Source of the DNA: Spirochaetia bacterium
GTDB taxonomy: Bacteria; Spirochaetota; Spirochaetia; DSM-2461
Reading direction: 5' to 3'
Length of the DNA stretch: 64,000 nt
NCBI GenBank assembly: GCA_963668315.1
Contig: OY764216.1
Coordinates: 5,472,001 to 5,536,000 of the forward strand
Within the stretch, counting starts at the first letter, position 1. Each line of letters starts with the position of its first letter. The translations under genes were made by a program, and so were the position numbers. Below the pieces are notes generated by a model, which did not search any database, was not told the origin of the DNA, and worked only from the letters and a program-made list of their open reading frames with translations. Below are positions 60,364-64,000 of this stretch, piece by piece.

Positions 60364-62187
60364 ATGGCTCAGGGATTCTGCAAGGGTGGAGATGCCGGGA
60401 CGTTTCAATGGACGGCGTCGCCGCCTCCGGCCACCTATCAACAAGGGATCGGATTCGACGTCCGACCTCACGTAACCGGCTGGAATCGCGCGCTCCAGCG
60501 GGAGATGCTCTTGCGTGTCAGCACGGCGGACCTGGAGAGCGCAAGGCCGAGGGCCGTGCGGATTCCGATGGAGACGCCTCGCGTGCCGGTGCGCAGTTTT
60601 TTCTTCAGCGGAGACCACGGGGCGGACCGGTTTCTGGCCGCCACGGAGCCCGATCTCCCGGCAGGTGACAGACCGCCCAAGAAATCGGGTTTGTCGATCC
60701 CGGTCGCGGGAAAGACGAGGATTCATCCTCCGAAGGACGTGATCAAGCTGGAAGACCGGCTCCAGTATCTGCTCCAGCCGTCGCTGGAAACGATCCTGTC
60801 GGAGCGATCCCTGGAATTTCCCTTCGTTCCGTTTCCCTATCAAATGGAAGGCATTGCCTTTCTTTATGCCCGGGAGGCAGCCATCCTTGCCGATGAGATG
60901 GGACTCGGCAAGACGATGCAAGCGATCACGGCGATCCGGCTGCTGCTGCGCTGTGGGGAAATCCGTTCCGTTCTTCTCGTATGCCCCAAGCCGCTGGTTT
61001 CGAACTGGCAGCGGGAATTCGCCCAATGGGCCCCGGAGATCCCGGTGGCCATTGTGGAGGGAGATCATCAGCGTCGGCGTTGGCAATGGAACCTGGCCGA
61101 CGTGCCTGTCAAGATAGCGAACTACGAGCTGATTCTACGGGATCGGGAACTGTTCGAGGGCACGGATCTTTCCGGAAGGGACCAATTGAAGTTTGATCTC
61201 GCCGTGTTGGACGAAGCCCAGCGGATCAAGAACCGGCGCAGCACGACGAGCCAGATCGCGAGGGCGATCAGTCGGCGGCGGAATTGGGCCCTGACGGGTA
61301 CGCCCGTGGAAAACTGTGCCGAGGATCTCGTCGGGATTTTCGAGTTTCTCGTGCCCGGTCATTTGTCTTCGGAAATGAAGCCCAGCAAGATGGGACGCTG
61401 TGTGAGCGACTACATCATTCGGCGCACCAAGGACAAGGTGCTGACCGAAATGCCGCCGAAGATGTTCCGCGACGCGGCGATCGAGCTTCTTCCCGAGCAG
61501 CGAGAGACGTACCGGCTGGCCGAGGACGACGGAGTGCTGCGTCTCAGTGAGATGGGAGACGGCGCGACAATCCAACACGTGTTCGAACTGGTTTTGCGAC
61601 TGAAGCAGATCTGCAACTTCGATCCGGCAACGGGAGCCAGCGCCAAGTTGGAACGGCTTGAAGCCGACCTGGAGGAGGTGGCGGCCAGCGGTCGGAAGGC
61701 GCTTATCTTCAGCCAATGGGTGGGCACGCTACGGCGTCTTTCCAAACGGTTGAACCGTTTCGGGACGCTCGAGTATCACGGAAAAATCCCTCCGAAACGC
61801 CGAAACAACATTATCGAAGAATTCCGCAACTCGCCCGACAAGCACGTTCTCCTGATCAGCTACGGGGCGGGGGGCGTAGGCCTGAACCTGCAGTTCTGCG
61901 AGTACGTTTTTCTCTTCGATCGTTGGTGGAACCCGGCCATTGAGGACCAGGCGGTCAACCGGGCCCACCGGATCGGTGCGGCCGGACCGGTCACCGTCAC
62001 ACGATTCCTTGTGTCCGACACCATTGAGGAACGAATCCATCTTGTCCTGGAGGAGAAGCGGGAACTCTTCGAGACGATCCTTTCCGGCACGGACCGGCCC
62101 CAGAACAAGCTGGGGCTCACGCAGAAGGAGATCTTCGGACTGTTCGACCTCCAATCGCCCAGCGGGCCGATACGTTATGCCGCGTAG
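60364..62187 (+). CDS. SNF2-family DEAD/DEAH helicase/ATPase
   Basis: LADEMGLGKT, DEAQRIKN, LTGTPVEN, GVGLNL, WWNPAIEDQAVNRAHRIG; start uncertain. Confidence 0.95.
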   Translation: MAQGFCKGGDAGTFQWTASPPPATYQQGIGFDVRPHVTGWNRALQREMLLRVSTADLESARPRAVRIPMETPRVPVRSFFFSGDHGADRFLAATEPDLPAGDRPPKKSGLSIPVAGKTRIHPPKDVIKLEDRLQYLLQPSLETILSERSLEFPFVPFPYQMEGIAFLYAREAAILADEMGLGKTMQAITAIRLLLRCGEIRSVLLVCPKPLVSNWQREFAQWAPEIPVAIVEGDHQRRRWQWNLADVPVKIANYELILRDRELFEGTDLSGRDQLKFDLAVLDEAQRIKNRRSTTSQIARAISRRRNWALTGTPVENCAEDLVGIFEFLVPGHLSSEMKPSKMGRCVSDYIIRRTKDKVLTEMPPKMFRDAAIELLPEQRETYRLAEDDGVLRLSEMGDGATIQHVFELVLRLKQICNFDPATGASAKLERLEADLEEVAASGRKALIFSQWVGTLRRLSKRLNRFGTLEYHGKIPPKRRNNIIEEFRNSPDKHVLLISYGAGGVGLNLQFCEYVFLFDRWWNPAIEDQAVNRAHRIGAAGPVTVTRFLVSDTIEERIHLVLEEKRELFETILSGTDRPQNKLGLTQKEIFGLFDLQSPSGPIRYAA

Positions 62188-62244
62188 CGGGCCGGCGGAA
62201 AAGGTGGAACCTGGCGCTTAATCCATTCGGCGGCTTGGAATACA

Positions 62245-63444
62245 ATGGAGGTCATGGCGAACCCCGACGGCTCCGAGATTCCGAAAGTTGCCCTGCTTGT
62301 CGAAACGGCTCGCGGATATGGACGCGGCCTGCTTCGAGGGATCGTGCGTTACGCGCGTCTCCACGGGCCGTGGAGCTTCTACGTGACGCCGGGCGATTTT
62401 GAACAGGCGGTCCCCAAAATGCGTCAATGGGGCGGCACGGGGATCATCGCCCGGATCGAAACACCGCGAATTGCCAAGGCCATTCTCGACACGGGCTTGC
62501 CGACCATCGCCCTGGATCTCTCCTCCTCCCAACTTGCCGCCGAGAACCCGCTTGCGGGGCTGAGCGAGGTTGCGTCGGATTCCTTCCAGGCGGCAGGCAT
62601 GGCCGCCGAGCATCTCCTCGAACGAGGCTTCTCACGTTTCGGCTTCGTGGGCGTTCCCGACCGAATGTGGTCGGAGCGTCGCGAACAAGGGTTCTGCCAT
62701 CGCATCAACGATGCGGGCTACGATCCCCTCGTGTATCCATTGCCGCGGAACCGACGGGATTGCCGGTGGGAACGGGAAATGGAACGTCTGAGCCGATGGC
62801 TGAGAGATTTGCCCAAGCCGATCGGCGTGATGGCCTGCAATGACGATCGGGGGCGACAGGTGCTGGAGGCGTGTCGCGAGGCAGGGATTCTCGTTCCGGA
62901 GCAGATTGCCGTGGTCGGGGTCGACAACGACGAACTGCTCTGCGACCTGGCCGATCCACCGCTCTCCAGCGTGGCGCTCAATGCCGAGGCGGGGGGCTAC
63001 CGGGTGGCCGCTCTGCTCGACGACATGATGTCCGGTCGTCAGCGAGGAAAGCAATCGCTCGTTGTGGAACCGCTTCACGTTGTTGTTCGACGGTCAACCG
63101 ACATCGTGGCTCTCGACGACGCCGACGTGGCAGCGGCGCTCCGATTTCTGCACGACAACGCCACGGCGCCCATCGGGGTTGCCGACGTCGTCCGCCACGT
63201 GCAATTGTCGCGGCGGACCTTGGAGATCCGGTTCCAGGAGGCCGTGGGCAGGACCGTGCATGCTGAGATCCAGCGGGTCCGATTGGAGCGTGCCAAACAA
63301 CTGCTGACCGAAACCGACCTGCCGATTCCAAGAATTGCGGAGGCAACTGGCTACGGGAGCGCCAGTTACCTTGGGCAGGTTTTTCGTCAGACGCTCGGCA
63401 CCACCCCGGCAAGGTTCCGCCGCCAGATCCGCACGGGGCTTTGA
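62245..63444 (+). CDS. XylR-type regulator (LacI-like ligand domain plus AraC HTH)
   Basis: YGRGLLRGI, PEQIAVVGVDND, PPLSSV, SRRTLE.RF, C-terminal HTH ending TPARFR. Confidence 0.93.
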   Translation: MEVMANPDGSEIPKVALLVETARGYGRGLLRGIVRYARLHGPWSFYVTPGDFEQAVPKMRQWGGTGIIARIETPRIAKAILDTGLPTIALDLSSSQLAAENPLAGLSEVASDSFQAAGMAAEHLLERGFSRFGFVGVPDRMWSERREQGFCHRINDAGYDPLVYPLPRNRRDCRWEREMERLSRWLRDLPKPIGVMACNDDRGRQVLEACREAGILVPEQIAVVGVDNDELLCDLADPPLSSVALNAEAGGYRVAALLDDMMSGRQRGKQSLVVEPLHVVVRRSTDIVALDDADVAAALRFLHDNATAPIGVADVVRHVQLSRRTLEIRFQEAVGRTVHAEIQRVRLERAKQLLTETDLPIPRIAEATGYGSASYLGQVFRQTLGTTPARFRRQIRTGL

Positions 63445-63838
63445 ACCGGCCATTCACGCCTTCTCCCTCGCCGTTGCACCAATTGCAGCCAAATGCCCAC
63501 ATTTGCAGGTCTGGCTGGTAGATTCTCATTGTCCGTCGTTCCCGTTGCGTCTGGCTCCGTTCCAAGAAGAGCCCCCGAGACGTGGGGGGGCAAAGGAGGT
63601 TGAAGGGGCGTACGCATATGCCACGTACCACATAGCTTTTCGGCCACGCCTGTTCTGCGGGTTACGCTGTTGGGCAGCGGGGTTTTTACGGCCAAACCCG
63701 TGGTTAGCTGGTTCTTCTGGCAACTCCGTGATCCATCCTTGAAAGGGATTATCTTGACCAGGACCGAATCTCGCATGGGGCCACCACTGGCAGGAACATT
63801 CATCGAGAAGGTCGTGGGGAGCATGGAGAGAATGCGTT

Positions 63839-64000
63839 ATGCAGTTGCAGGACTATATCGCCGGAAATCAACCACCTCCCACCATTGATCAACTGGTGCG
63901 GCGGGTCAACGAAATCTCGACGCTTCCGCAAATCGCAATGAAGACGATGGAGATTGCAAACGATCCCAAGTCCAGCGCGATCGACCTGAAGGAAGTGATC
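63839..64000 (+). CDS. HDOD domain protein, 3' end outside the window
   Basis: Manual translation MQLQDYIAGNQPPPTIDQLVRRVNEISTLPQIAMKTMEIANDPKSSAIDLKEVI. Confidence 0.75.
   Translation, partial: MQLQDYIAGNQPPPTIDQLVRRVNEISTLPQIAMKTMEIANDPKSSAIDLKEVI

Overview
High-GC bacterial window. Gene content suggests Planctomycetota (inference from the secreted sulfatases and glycosidases and the ferredoxin/GcvH-like/PQQ-propeller block). It has five parts. (1) 1-13.4 kb: a co-directional array of clan CD proteases (CHAT, caspase, caspase, TPR-PDZ-CHAT), most with signal peptides, plus WD40 genes and hidden remnants of a third CHAT and a third caspase. (2) 14.1-18.1 kb: a compact RiPP cluster, the best candidate for a new system. 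A radical SAM/SPASM maturase is followed by three tandem ~61-aa precursors with C-x3-C-x3-C-x3-C-x3-C cores, each followed by a conserved RNA hairpin, then an ABC exporter with no peptidase domain. (3) 18.4-24.8 kb: TetR plus an RND efflux pump. (4) 24.8-56.3 kb: a polysaccharide-degradation region (beta-helix enzyme, GH95, sulfatases, BNR protein, GH31, GH36, GH117, aldolase, GntR). It carries many deletion scars, including a cryptic GH16 porphyranase-like pseudogene, plus a 160-bp MITE and an in-frame palindromic insertion. (5) 56.3-64 kb: backbone-like genes (ferredoxin-like, GcvH-like, PQQ propeller, SNF2 helicase, XylR-type regulator, start of an HDOD gene). No rRNA, tRNA or CRISPR array was recognised. 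All family assignments are by eye from motifs; no searches were run.
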